Part shown: piece by piece, positions 11,228 to 20,587 of the stretch
Layout: each line of letters begins with the position of its first letter
Position numbering within the stretch: position 1 is the first letter of the stretch
Virus record (IMG/VR): IMGVR_UViG_3300033273_000833
Location: 1-64,000 of that record
Reading direction: 5' to 3' (one strand)
DNA length: 64,000 nt
Source: a virus
Taxonomy: Duplodnaviria; Caudoviricetes
Made by a program: the position numbers and the translations under genes
Notes under the pieces: model-generated
What the model saw: the letters and a program-made list of their open reading frames with translations, nothing else
What the model was told of the DNA's origin: nothing
Database searches by the model: none

Positions 11228-11422
11228 TTAAATTGGAGGTTTATCGTCGTTTTTTATTTTTTTTAACAAATCTTGCTTTTCATCCTCATTCATTTTATTG
11301 TATAAAAAAATTGCTAATTCTTTTATTCTAAATAATCTTTTTTCTGGAGTTCCGTTTACAAAATATAATATCATTGAGCCTAATAGCTTGCTGGTTAGGT
11401 ATTTAATTATTTTTTCCCTCAT
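11228..11422 (-). CDS. Small hypothetical protein (64 aa)
   Basis: Fills the gap exactly and has a GTGTA motif 12 nt upstream of its ATG. Confidence 0.55.
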   Translation of the reverse strand: MREKIIKYLTSKLLGSMILYFVNGTPEKRLFRIKELAIFLYNKMNEDEKQDLLKKIKNDDKPPI

Positions 11423-11434
11423 TATAAATGTATG

Positions 11435-11439
11435 TACAC
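11435..11439 (-). promoter_or_regulatory. GTGTA motif
   Basis: 12 nt upstream of ATG 11422. Confidence 0.5.
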
Positions 11440-11480
11440 ATTATATAACGAAGAATCGTGTTAATTAAGATTAAATATAA

Positions 11481-12479
11481 TTATTTTATAAACCAAGAAT
11501 TGTACTCGTTTTTAAGACTCCTTACTTTTTCTTCTATAGTTGCAAAAAAATTACAATGAAGTATCGCATTTTCTTGGTATTTTTCAGTAAATCTTCTTGT
11601 GTGAGTCGTAAATCTAAAAGGAAACCTAAAGGGATTTAATGGCTGACAATTTTCTTCCAATACTTTGGCAGGAAATACATTATCAGATAGTAATGTTTTG
11701 GCTAGGTTTGGTTCATCTCTACTTGCAGTCATCCACTCTTGATCATTTGTGGCTGATTCAGCTAAAGACCATTGTTTGTCTATAGCTTGATGAAGTAAAT
11801 CAAAACAGAATTTAGAAAATCTAAAGTGTAAAAAGCCAGAACAGAGAGAGCTTCCTTTTTTCGGAATTAATTCATATAACTTTTGGTAAGAGTAACCAAG
11901 CGATTCAATAGCTAACACTTCTTTATCCGCATCCCTGAGTTTTGGCTCAGAGAATCTGCACCTAAATTCTTCAAACGAGATATCACATTTTAATGACGGC
12001 GCTATGAAGTCGTCCCACATACTATCAGAGCTTCTAGGGTTTTTAGTTCCACCACTTTGGTATTCAAAATTGAAATTACTAAAATATTTAAATGGATTTT
12101 TATAAAAAACTACATCATTGTCTGACCATAATACATTGAAACCTGATGATAAAATTTTTAAGACAAGAGGAAACTTCTGGAAAGTCATATGACCAAAAGT
12201 TTTTGAATCAAAGTGTCCAGCTTCCGTAACTTCTATATCAAAAGGTAATAATATGCAGTGGTCATGAATTTCGTGAAGAGCTGTATACGCTTTTTCATCT
12301 GTACAAAAAACTATAAAATTATTTAGTTTTATTTTTTTCAAGCTTTCGATGGCATTTTTGCAAATAGTAGTTTGACCGAAGTTGGTCATGAAAACTATTA
12401 TTTCTTTATTTATTGATTTTTTTTGAATTTTTTTAGTAAACTCTTTATTCCAGTTGTCTGATATATATAGTTTTTTCAT
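11481..12479 (-). CDS. Nucleotide-diphospho-sugar transferase (GT77 / Nucleotid_trans-like)
   Basis: FCTDEKA, KFPLVLKILSSGFNVLWSDNDVVFYKNPF (DxD), LCSGFLHFR, NDQEW and ILHCNF motifs. Confidence 0.8.
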   Translation of the reverse strand: MKKLYISDNWNKEFTKKIQKKSINKEIIVFMTNFGQTTICKNAIESLKKIKLNNFIVFCTDEKAYTALHEIHDHCILLPFDIEVTEAGHFDSKTFGHMTFQKFPLVLKILSSGFNVLWSDNDVVFYKNPFKYFSNFNFEYQSGGTKNPRSSDSMWDDFIAPSLKCDISFEEFRCRFSEPKLRDADKEVLAIESLGYSYQKLYELIPKKGSSLCSGFLHFRFSKFCFDLLHQAIDKQWSLAESATNDQEWMTASRDEPNLAKTLLSDNVFPAKVLEENCQPLNPFRFPFRFTTHTRRFTEKYQENAILHCNFFATIEEKVRSLKNEYNSWFIK

Positions 12480-12493
12480 ATTAATTTCTTTAT

Positions 12494-12499
12494 TTACAC
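12494..12499 (-). promoter_or_regulatory. GTGTAA motif
   Basis: GTGTA ends 15 nt upstream of ATG 12479. Confidence 0.6.
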
Positions 12500-12503
12500 T
12501 AGA

Positions 12504-13460
12504 TTATTTTTTAAATATATTGACTACATCATTGTAATGTACTGATTTACGCATCTTCTCAAAAAACGAATCTTCAAAAAAAGAGTAGGCATTAATATCT
12601 ACACAATGTCTTTCAAATATATTTGATAATAATTTTATGAATTTAATTCTGCAGATCATCATTTGTTTAATGTGAGTCTCTCGTATTTCTTTTGGGTTAA
12701 AATACTTACCCTTAACTCTACTAACGGCTTTCGCTACATCATCTGGGTCCGCTTCAGTAATGATTGAATTATTTATATTATACCAAAAGTCTCTACCCCC
12801 TTGAGATTGTGTAGATACGACTGGGGTTCCGCACAGTAAATATTCAGAAGAAGAAAAACATGCCCCTTCTATTTCAGATAAACAGAGCCCGCACACACTC
12901 TCATTTATTAAGGATACCATTTCTGTTCTGCTATATTTTTTATCTGGATCATTTACACAATCAGGAATTTCACAAACATCCTTTCCGTGATTATTGCCTC
13001 CTGCCGCTAGTGCTAGATTATTTATTTTAGAGCATAAAAAATGTCTTTTAAACGCTGATCTTCTGGCTGTATATAAAGCACTGTATTTTTTCTCAGAATT
13101 AGTTATTTTAAATTTTCTTTCATCAAGCCATGCATTTTGATTAATTACGTCTCCAGTTAATTGATGTTCAAATCCAAAAATATTTTCTTCTTGATTGTTA
13201 AACATGATGAAAAACTGTTCAGGATTTAAACCTAAAGACTCTATTGCGAATTTACTTTTTTTAGCCGCAGTTTCATCGAAAAACCAGCCACAAATAACAA
13301 AAAAATAATCTGTTTCTTTTATTTCGTCTTTAACCTCTTTGAGCCATTTGTAGTTATGTTCTATGTTTTCAATTATGAAAATCCTGCAATTGTGATGGTT
13401 TAAGTAATGCCTAAATGGAAAGAAATCATTGGGCCAGGTATATAAATCACTTTCTCTCAT
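12504..13460 (-). CDS. GT-B fold glycosyltransferase (GT4-like C-terminal domain)
   Basis: LCLSEIEGACFSSSEYLLCGTPVVSTQSQGG matches the ExFx7E...G.PVV signature. Confidence 0.75.
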   Translation of the reverse strand: MRESDLYTWPNDFFPFRHYLNHHNCRIFIIENIEHNYKWLKEVKDEIKETDYFFVICGWFFDETAAKKSKFAIESLGLNPEQFFIMFNNQEENIFGFEHQLTGDVINQNAWLDERKFKITNSEKKYSALYTARRSAFKRHFLCSKINNLALAAGGNNHGKDVCEIPDCVNDPDKKYSRTEMVSLINESVCGLCLSEIEGACFSSSEYLLCGTPVVSTQSQGGRDFWYNINNSIITEADPDDVAKAVSRVKGKYFNPKEIRETHIKQMMICRIKFIKLLSNIFERHCVDINAYSFFEDSFFEKMRKSVHYNDVVNIFKK

Positions 13461-14388
13461 AATTATTATAGTAATTTCTTATACATTTTACAAAATTATT
13501 TTTTGATATATCGTTAAAGGCTTTAAAGCAGTTTTCCCTAAGAAAGTTTTCTCTGTCTGGGGTTATTGATTTTAGTACGTCCCTGAGCGTGGAATATTCT
13601 GATTCTTTAATTTTTATACAGCAATCGTTCCAGTCTAGTGAGTTTATTTTTGGCAGACTCCAGTTGTCTGATAAAAAAATTGGTATGGCTCCAGCCCCTA
13701 AGGATTCAAAAAAACGAATGGAAGATGGTCCCGCTCCGCTCGGGCATAATGAAAATCGACTTCTAGCTACAATTTCGTTGTAAAAGATTGTTTGCTCTTC
13801 TTCTATGTATTCTTGCATTGGATTAGTCTTGATGCCTTTAAGTTGTTCTCCATATACTGTATTATTAAACCTCCACTTTTGCCTTTGTACTACAACGCTG
13901 TTTGATGGATGGGAATCTTTAAAGATTTTTAATCTTATGTTTGATATGTAACTTTTTGCGTGACAGCCTATGAATGAATACCATATATCTTTTTTTGTTG
14001 GAACTGGTACATTAACTGGATATAATGGGAAAGGTTCAACTTTAATTCCATTATGAGTAGGTTCGTTATCTACTGCGTGAGGAGCGAATACTGTTGAGAC
14101 TCCAATTCTTTTAAGTATTTGAGTTATTTCTCTATATCTATAGCTTTGGCAAATTGTGAACGTCTCTTTATCGGATAGGTCTAACCTCTTTAACTCTTTA
14201 ATAAAATCTTCAGACATTTTTTTATTTTTAGCGTTTCCAAAATTTAAATTGTCGATAACAGGGGCCCAAGGTACGGCTAGGTATCTTATGTCTGATTTAA
14301 TTGGATTTGAGTTTAAACAATCGAAAGAGTGTCCTTCTGTTATAACTGGAGTTTGCCAGGGGAAAATATCTTTATATAAAATTTCCAT
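13447..14388 (-). CDS. Exostosin-family glycosyltransferase (GT47)
   Basis: SRFSLCPSGAGPSSIRFFESLGAGAIPIFLSDNWSLP is the exostosin signature; also YSFIG motif. Confidence 0.85.
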   Translation of the reverse strand: MEILYKDIFPWQTPVITEGHSFDCLNSNPIKSDIRYLAVPWAPVIDNLNFGNAKNKKMSEDFIKELKRLDLSDKETFTICQSYRYREITQILKRIGVSTVFAPHAVDNEPTHNGIKVEPFPLYPVNVPVPTKKDIWYSFIGCHAKSYISNIRLKIFKDSHPSNSVVVQRQKWRFNNTVYGEQLKGIKTNPMQEYIEEEQTIFYNEIVARSRFSLCPSGAGPSSIRFFESLGAGAIPIFLSDNWSLPKINSLDWNDCCIKIKESEYSTLRDVLKSITPDRENFLRENCFKAFNDISKNNFVKCIRNYYNNYERK

Positions 14389-14924
14389 TAATCTAAATAT
14401 ATATTATACAAAAGTAGGTTAGTTTTTTCAGCAAAAATAAACTTTAATAGTCTGGTTTCGATTGGATCAAAGTCATTATCTTGATCATAAAAATCTTTTA
14501 ACGAGATACTAAACTCAAATTTAGATTCGGTGTTTAATTCTTCTTTTTTAAAATTTAAAGATGTAAAGGATATACTAATTTTTTTTTCTTTAGTAAAGTG
14601 GTCTTTTGGTATAATTTTACTAGGAGATTCATTTTCGTCTTTGTCTACGAATGATATTTTTATATCTTTCGTGTTGGATATTTTACAAGAAAAATTTAGA
14701 GTAGAATATTCTCCGATATCCATTTCGCACCAGTTTTTCTGTAAAGGTAATACTGCCGCGCACCAATTTTTCCTTCCGTTATGTATGATTGGTAGGACAA
14801 ATTGTCCATTTTGCGACTCTATTGGAATCTTTGTTGGCGTATGTTCGTTAATTAAATTTCCAGCCCAGCTAGCCTTTAGTTCTGGAACTAAACACATTTT
14901 AGGGCTAAAAATATTATACATCAT
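14388..14924 (-). CDS. Hypothetical protein, possible CBM11/CIA30-like carbohydrate-binding beta-sandwich
   Basis: W-C-A-A-V-L...MDIGEYSTLNFSCK...IKISFVD...ISLKDF...LLKFIF pattern resembles galactose-binding-like domains; lies inside the GT operon. Confidence 0.4.
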   Translation of the reverse strand: MMYNIFSPKMCLVPELKASWAGNLINEHTPTKIPIESQNGQFVLPIIHNGRKNWCAAVLPLQKNWCEMDIGEYSTLNFSCKISNTKDIKISFVDKDENESPSKIIPKDHFTKEKKISISFTSLNFKKEELNTESKFEFSISLKDFYDQDNDFDPIETRLLKFIFAEKTNLLLYNIYLD

Positions 14925-16405
14925 AATTCAGAGAGTAAACCTTCGTCGTTTAAGTATATTATATTTTCATTAATATTATTTTCTTCAATATAATCAAACT
15001 TACCTGCTTTTAGGTATTCAGAGCAACTTATAGAGTGAAATATTTTTTCGTCAGCTATATCCATAAATGATAGATTTGATCGATCTAGGAATAAATGTGC
15101 ACCTATGTTCATTAGTGGGATTCTCTGATCTAAATTAATTGTCTTGTTGTTCCCTTTTATTGGAAAGTACGATACTTCTTCAGGCAGGTTTGTTTTGAGT
15201 TCTAGTTCTCCGTAAACCAAATCAAGAAAAACTATTTCGTGCTCTGGGTGATTTTTTAATATAGACTCTAATTTATTTGAACATTTTTTAAATCCACAAT
15301 CATTAATTACTAATAAAATATTTTGTTTTTCTAAATATATTAATGACTCATCTATGATTCCATACTCATAGGCGTCTCTATATAATAATTCATTGTGTCT
15401 TCCTGATACCGAAAGATTTAATGTGTTCCATGCTTTTTCATGAATTAAATGGTAAAGATCTGTCATATTGTCTTTGGCGTAATGGAATTTTTTAAAAATT
15501 CCCCATAATACAGTGTCCCAATGAGGTTCTCCTATAATTAAGTCTGGTATGTATTTACGCAGACAAAGGTAGACTCCTTTCTTTATCGCAAAACCATCAA
15601 CCCCTGTAGTTTTTGTGATATATTTTTCTGAATAAACTTGATCTAAGTTTTCATATTTTTTTTCATCAATTTCTTTAACAAAATATTGTATTATGTCTTC
15701 ATTTTGATTAAGTAAATTTTTGTAAATATCTGTAGATAGTGGACAATCTAGATTTGTGTATAAAATATAATCATTTTCACTGCAGTGATCGCTTGCAGTG
15801 TCTAGCATATCTAATAGGAATGCGAAATCTTTAGGGGCTCCAATTTCTGTTTTAGCTGAACGAGATAACTCAACTCCTGCCCATGCCCATTTTAATCTTT
15901 CTCCTGCTATTGAGCTGCAAGACATTAGTTTTGTTTTATTTTTGTTAGCTAATTTAAATGATTCAAGGGTTAATTTAACTCTTTTTTTGAGAGATTTTGA
16001 TTGTATAGATTTAGGGTCTATATAATTAAATACATGAATAATTTGGTTCGCATTTTTTCGAACTAAAGACTGGTTGATTTTCGTGTTTTCAAAAAGTTTC
16101 ATTGGGTTTTTATCTGTAAAGGTTAAATAGTCTACGCATGAAGTTTCTGGTTTGTATATTTTTTTCCATAAATATCTTTCATAGCCTCTTTCTGAATTTT
16201 TTAAATGAAAGTGCTTTCTATTCTCTTGTAAGATTTTATTATCTAACCAGCTTAATATTCTCTCATTTATCTCAGTCCATGTAGACCGTGGTAAATTGCT
16301 CCGCGTACTACTAGTGTCCCTAGTTTTTTGACTACTAGTTTTGCAGCCTTTTTGATTATTAACTGGGCCATTAGCTCTTAGAAGTTTATTGATTGAAAAC
16401 GCCAT
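14921..16405 (-). CDS. Putative GT-A fold glycosyltransferase-like protein (494 aa)
   Basis: YILYTNLDCPL, DGFAIKK and IIGEPHWD motifs; first gene of the GT operon. Confidence 0.5.
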   Translation of the reverse strand: MAFSINKLLRANGPVNNQKGCKTSSQKTRDTSSTRSNLPRSTWTEINERILSWLDNKILQENRKHFHLKNSERGYERYLWKKIYKPETSCVDYLTFTDKNPMKLFENTKINQSLVRKNANQIIHVFNYIDPKSIQSKSLKKRVKLTLESFKLANKNKTKLMSCSSIAGERLKWAWAGVELSRSAKTEIGAPKDFAFLLDMLDTASDHCSENDYILYTNLDCPLSTDIYKNLLNQNEDIIQYFVKEIDEKKYENLDQVYSEKYITKTTGVDGFAIKKGVYLCLRKYIPDLIIGEPHWDTVLWGIFKKFHYAKDNMTDLYHLIHEKAWNTLNLSVSGRHNELLYRDAYEYGIIDESLIYLEKQNILLVINDCGFKKCSNKLESILKNHPEHEIVFLDLVYGELELKTNLPEEVSYFPIKGNNKTINLDQRIPLMNIGAHLFLDRSNLSFMDIADEKIFHSISCSEYLKAGKFDYIEENNINENIIYLNDEGLLSEL

Positions 16406-16435
16406 GAGTTTTTCCGAGAATATTCATAAGATATA

Positions 16436-16473
16436 TTACACGTTTTATGTTTATTTTGAGTGTTTAGTGTGTA
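16436..16473. promoter_or_regulatory. Divergent pair of GTGTA motifs (16437-16441 minus; 16469-16473 plus)
   Basis: Point toward the GT operon (ATG 16405, 31 nt away) and the GHKL ATPase (ATG 16484, 10 nt away). Confidence 0.6.
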
Positions 16474-16483
16474 TATCAATAGT

Positions 16484-18178
16484 ATGAAAGAGTTGCAAAA
16501 TATAAGAATAAGAACTGGGTCTAATATAAGTTCAATATTACAATCTACCGTTACTTTACCTCAAGCTTTTACTGAATTAGTTAAAAATTCTATACAGAAC
16601 TTATCTACTTTTGTTAAAATTGATATTCTTGATGATAAGATTTTGATCGAGGATGATGGGCGAGGTTTCTCTGTGGGTAAAGATGATTCTGGTATGACGG
16701 ATTTTGATAAATATTTTGTATTTGGCAATTCATATGATAATACTGGTGGAGTTGGCATGAGGTTGGGTCATATGGGTATTGGGGGTAAGTTGTCCAATGA
16801 TAAGTTATCTAAAAATAAGTCACCTGACTGGTCTATACATACAAAAAATAGCCAGGGCAGTTGTTTTACTGTTAACTATAAACCTGAAAAAAATGAATTC
16901 CTTGATGATTATTATCCAGAATTGATTGAGGTTGAAAATGAAGAATGCATAGTTTCTTCAGATACAGGAACTGTCGTGGTTATTAATAGTATTAATGAAA
17001 GCTTGAGGGATTCTGGCACTTTGCATAAAATAGAGGTAGAGCTTAAAACTTTTTTTGGATTTTTGGTCAGTAAATTAAAATCAGAAAATAAAAAATTTTC
17101 TATTACTTTAAATGGGAAATCTTTAGATTTTGACTATGTACTTCCAGGTACTGCATTTAGGACAATAAATAAAAGATTTTATTACGAAATTGATGAAGAG
17201 GTGAGGGTATCTGAAGTTCAATTTAATTTGTCTTTGGTTAAAACTCGATCTTTACTAGATAAGCATCCCGTTAAAAATGTAGAAATTATTTCAAATGTTA
17301 AAATATGTAATTTAAGCTTAGGAGATCCAGAGTTATTACAACATACGTATGAAGTTTTGTCTAGAAAGCATGGAGAGATTATAGAGGTTGAGTCAGAAGT
17401 TGTTAATTTGTTTAGAAATTTAGTAGGGTTCGTTTCTTGTTCAGATTTAAGTTCTGTTATGGATAAAGGCGGAATGCCTGCTAAAGATTTATCGCATCAT
17501 CAGTTAAGAGAAGATCATCCGATGACTGCCCCTTTTATGGAAAAAGTTTATGAAGTCATTGTAGACGTTTTAAGAACTTATTTAAGTATTAGATATAAAA
17601 GTAGGTATGAAAAATTCGATGAAATTGTTGAAGAAATAACAAGTTTCCTGAAAAATTCGAATGACATTGATGAAAGATTTTTAGTGAAAGCAGATTTAGG
17701 CGTAGATTCTACTAAGGATATTGTCGAAAATGATATAATTAATTCTGCTCAGTCTGCAGCTAATAATAAGAGAGAGTTTGATCCTTGTTCAAAAAAACAT
17801 GAAGACTCTTCTAATTGGGAAACTAGGGTAGATTCAGAAAAAAAGGAAGGATTGAAAGATAAGCCTTTAGTAAATTTTGAAGGAAAATCTCTAATAAATT
17901 ATGAAGTCGTAGATTTTGGAGAAGGATTTTCTAGAGAGATGTCTCGCTTTAATGACATCGGCGAACTTAAAGTTTTAATAAATTCTACTAATATTAAGTT
18001 TATGAGAATAGATGAATCTGTAAACCCTTTGCTTATGGCTATGCATATAGCTGAATGTATTATTATGGAAGTTGCAGAATATAATAACCCGATGATAACC
18101 CCAAAACAGCTTCAGGATAAAATTTCATTATTTTATGAACAAAGTTATAATTCACTAAAAGATAGGTTCTTGGATTGA
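16484..18178 (+). CDS. GHKL (HATPase_c / MORC-Hsp90-MutL-like) ATPase
   Basis: Bergerat-fold motifs ELVKNS, IEDDGRGF, GHMGIGGK and TGTVVVI. Start moved to ATG 16484, 10 nt after a GTGTA motif (ORF track start 16460). Confidence 0.8.
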   Translation: MKELQNIRIRTGSNISSILQSTVTLPQAFTELVKNSIQNLSTFVKIDILDDKILIEDDGRGFSVGKDDSGMTDFDKYFVFGNSYDNTGGVGMRLGHMGIGGKLSNDKLSKNKSPDWSIHTKNSQGSCFTVNYKPEKNEFLDDYYPELIEVENEECIVSSDTGTVVVINSINESLRDSGTLHKIEVELKTFFGFLVSKLKSENKKFSITLNGKSLDFDYVLPGTAFRTINKRFYYEIDEEVRVSEVQFNLSLVKTRSLLDKHPVKNVEIISNVKICNLSLGDPELLQHTYEVLSRKHGEIIEVESEVVNLFRNLVGFVSCSDLSSVMDKGGMPAKDLSHHQLREDHPMTAPFMEKVYEVIVDVLRTYLSIRYKSRYEKFDEIVEEITSFLKNSNDIDERFLVKADLGVDSTKDIVENDIINSAQSAANNKREFDPCSKKHEDSSNWETRVDSEKKEGLKDKPLVNFEGKSLINYEVVDFGEGFSREMSRFNDIGELKVLINSTNIKFMRIDESVNPLLMAMHIAECIIMEVAEYNNPMITPKQLQDKISLFYEQSYNSLKDRFLD

Positions 18179-18200
18179 GTATAATCTGTAGATTTGAATT

Positions 18201-18980
18201 ATGAAAGTTAATAAAATATCTTATCTGACGAGCTGTATGGGGAGAGTTCATCATTTGAAGCAAACTTTTATACAAAATATTAAAGATGCGGAGAATTCAG
18301 ATATCGAGATAGAATTTGTATTATTAAACTGGAATTCTAATGACGGTTTGAATGATTGGTTTTTTAAGGTTGTCGTACCAGAAGTGTCTCAGCAGAAAGA
18401 TCTTGATGAAAATAACTGTATTGGTATTAAAAATTCGAAAAACAAAATAAAATATTTACGAACAAAAAAGCAAAAATACTTTCACATGTCTCAAACTAAA
18501 AATATAACAGCTAAGAATTCATCAGGAAATATTTTGTGTTGGGTTGATGCCGACAACTATATCACAAATGGATTCACTGATCATATTTTATCAGTTGCTG
18601 AATCTCCAGAAGTTAACTCATTGTTACTAAGGCCTGAGTCTGGCAGTGATTCTGCGGGAAAAATTGTTATCGATAGAGAAAGCTTTTTCTCTGTAAATGG
18701 TTACGATGAATCGATGTATGGATGGGGGTTTGAGGATGATGATTTTAGATCTAGAGTTCAAAAATCAAACAAGAATATACATTTTGAAACTTACCCTTTA
18801 TGCTTCTCTAAATCTTTACAGCATGGAACTGCAGAAAGAATTCAAAACTATGATCTAGAGAATACTTCAGGAGGTTTATGTAGGGATAGGAATTTAGAAA
18901 TTTCAAAAATAAATTTAAGTAAAAATATATATACTGCAAACTCTGGGAAATCATGGGGAGATATTCATCAATTATTATAA
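18201..18980 (+). CDS. Glycosyltransferase, GT2-like N-terminus with GT7-type C-terminal motif
   Basis: LCWVDADNYI (DxD) and GYDESMYGWGFEDDDF (GWGxEDD, beta-1,4-galactosyltransferase-like). Confidence 0.8.
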   Translation: MKVNKISYLTSCMGRVHHLKQTFIQNIKDAENSDIEIEFVLLNWNSNDGLNDWFFKVVVPEVSQQKDLDENNCIGIKNSKNKIKYLRTKKQKYFHMSQTKNITAKNSSGNILCWVDADNYITNGFTDHILSVAESPEVNSLLLRPESGSDSAGKIVIDRESFFSVNGYDESMYGWGFEDDDFRSRVQKSNKNIHFETYPLCFSKSLQHGTAERIQNYDLENTSGGLCRDRNLEISKINLSKNIYTANSGKSWGDIHQLL

Positions 18981-18992
18981 AATATTAATAAA

Positions 18993-19544
18993 GTGGAAGC
19001 TTTTAAGAAAAAGTATTTTCAAAAACTAAAGTATAAGTCCAAGTATATTAATTTGGAGTACGAAGAATCCGTAGAGATATATAATCAAGCTAAATTTGAA
19101 TTCTTAAAGTCTGTGTCTGAATATGCAAATAAATCTGAAAAAGAAAATCCATTTTTAAATAATATTCAAAAGGAAGAAACTAAGAAGGATAAAATTAATG
19201 GAGATGGTAAAAAGATATATAGAGAAATAGTAAATAAAACTCATCCAGATAAGTTGATAAATATTAATGAAGATAAAAAAGAGGAGTTGCAGAGTTTGTA
19301 TAACGAAGCTTCTCAAGCTAAAAATAAAAATGATTTAGATAGTTTATTTCGCATAGCTTCTAGATTAAACATTGAGAATGAAGACATAACAATAGACTCT
19401 ATTAATAGAATAGAGCAACAGATAAAAGAGAAGGAGGATTATATAGAAAAAATACATAAAGATGTTGCGTGGATATGGTATTACGCTAATAAGAAAGAAA
19501 GGGACATAATATTGAAGAATATTTTTTCAAAAATGTGTAACTAA
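18993..19544 (+). CDS. J-domain-like (DnaJ) protein
   Basis: KKIYREIVNKTHPDK...ELQSLYNEA (HPD motif) flanked by predicted coiled coils; GTG start. Confidence 0.7.
   Translation: MEAFKKKYFQKLKYKSKYINLEYEESVEIYNQAKFEFLKSVSEYANKSEKENPFLNNIQKEETKKDKINGDGKKIYREIVNKTHPDKLININEDKKEELQSLYNEASQAKNKNDLDSLFRIASRLNIENEDITIDSINRIEQQIKEKEDYIEKIHKDVAWIWYYANKKERDIILKNIFSKMCN
19535..19540 (+). promoter_or_regulatory. GTGTAA motif
   Basis: 13 nt upstream of ATG 19553. Confidence 0.6.
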
Positions 19545-19552
19545 TTATAGTC

Positions 19553-20578
19553 ATGAGCTATATTCCAGAATATCACGAGAATTATTATAATGTAGAAGGT
19601 ACTGCGTATAATCAAGGTAAGATAGGCATAGGAACCTTTAAGCCTGTAGATTTATTACATGTAAGTGGGGGTAATATAAGGGTGGATGGTAGCGGTTATG
19701 TTAATGGAGATTTAAATATAACTGGAAATTTAAATGTTTACGGAGACTCTACAATAGGTTATACTGAGACTGTAGCTGCTGAAGATAAAAATATAGAACT
19801 TAATGTTAAAACTGGTGTGATTGGATCAAATTCTCATGCAGGAGCCCTAACTGATGATGTAGGTGCTCACGAAGGAGGATTGACTTTAAAGAGTATAGAG
19901 GGAGACCATACCTGGAATTGGTTGAATGATAATACAGGAGAAATTGTAAAAGCATGGTCTTCGAATGAAAATATAATTTCCACTGGAGATAATAAAATAT
20001 TTTTTAGAGATACTGGTTTGTTTATTCATAGCCCTTCTGATGGGTTATTGAGACTGCATTCAGATAGAGATGTCGATGTAGTTGGAGACCTAAGGGCTCA
20101 TAATAATGTTCATGTCGGAGAAAATTTATATGTATCTGGCAGTGGGTATGTTAGGGAAGATTTATATGTTTCTGGTAGCGGGTATGTAGAAAATAATTTA
20201 TATGTATCTGGTAATAGCTATGTGGAGAATAATTTATACTTAACAGGCAGTGGTTTTATTGAAGATGATTTGTATATTTCTGGTAGCGGTTTTATTGAAG
20301 ATGAGTTGCATGTTACTGGAAAAGCTTTTTTTAATAATAGAGTTGATGTAAGTGGGAATTTAAATTTTACTGGTGAATTGTCTGACCCTAATGATCCAGA
20401 TTACATATTAAGTGGGTTGAGATTTAATGGTGTTCCTTGGCGTCAAGCTATATGGGTAGATGCTCCAGACACTACAGGGTCTCAAGGTACTTCTGGGGAG
20501 ATTGCTCACGATGATGACTATTTTTATGTATGTATAAGTGAGAATAACTGGAAGAGATCAGCCTTAACAACTTGGTAG
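19553..20578 (+). CDS. Putative fibre protein with 12-aa YVSGSGYVENNL repeats
   Basis: Tandem repeats; C-terminal APDTTGSQGTSGEIAHDDDYFYVCISENNWKR motif common in phage fibre proteins. Confidence 0.6.
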   Translation: MSYIPEYHENYYNVEGTAYNQGKIGIGTFKPVDLLHVSGGNIRVDGSGYVNGDLNITGNLNVYGDSTIGYTETVAAEDKNIELNVKTGVIGSNSHAGALTDDVGAHEGGLTLKSIEGDHTWNWLNDNTGEIVKAWSSNENIISTGDNKIFFRDTGLFIHSPSDGLLRLHSDRDVDVVGDLRAHNNVHVGENLYVSGSGYVREDLYVSGSGYVENNLYVSGNSYVENNLYLTGSGFIEDDLYISGSGFIEDELHVTGKAFFNNRVDVSGNLNFTGELSDPNDPDYILSGLRFNGVPWRQAIWVDAPDTTGSQGTSGEIAHDDDYFYVCISENNWKRSALTTW

Positions 20579-20587
20579 TTATAAAAG

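Noticed and set aside
16388-16427. 13-aa upstream ORF (MNILGKTHGVFNQ, minus strand) 9 nt after the GTGTA motif and overlapping the GT start
   Set aside because: Its spacing fits the motif, but a 13-codon ORF in AT-rich DNA is unremarkable and cannot be supported without ribosome profiling or a read check for a frameshift.
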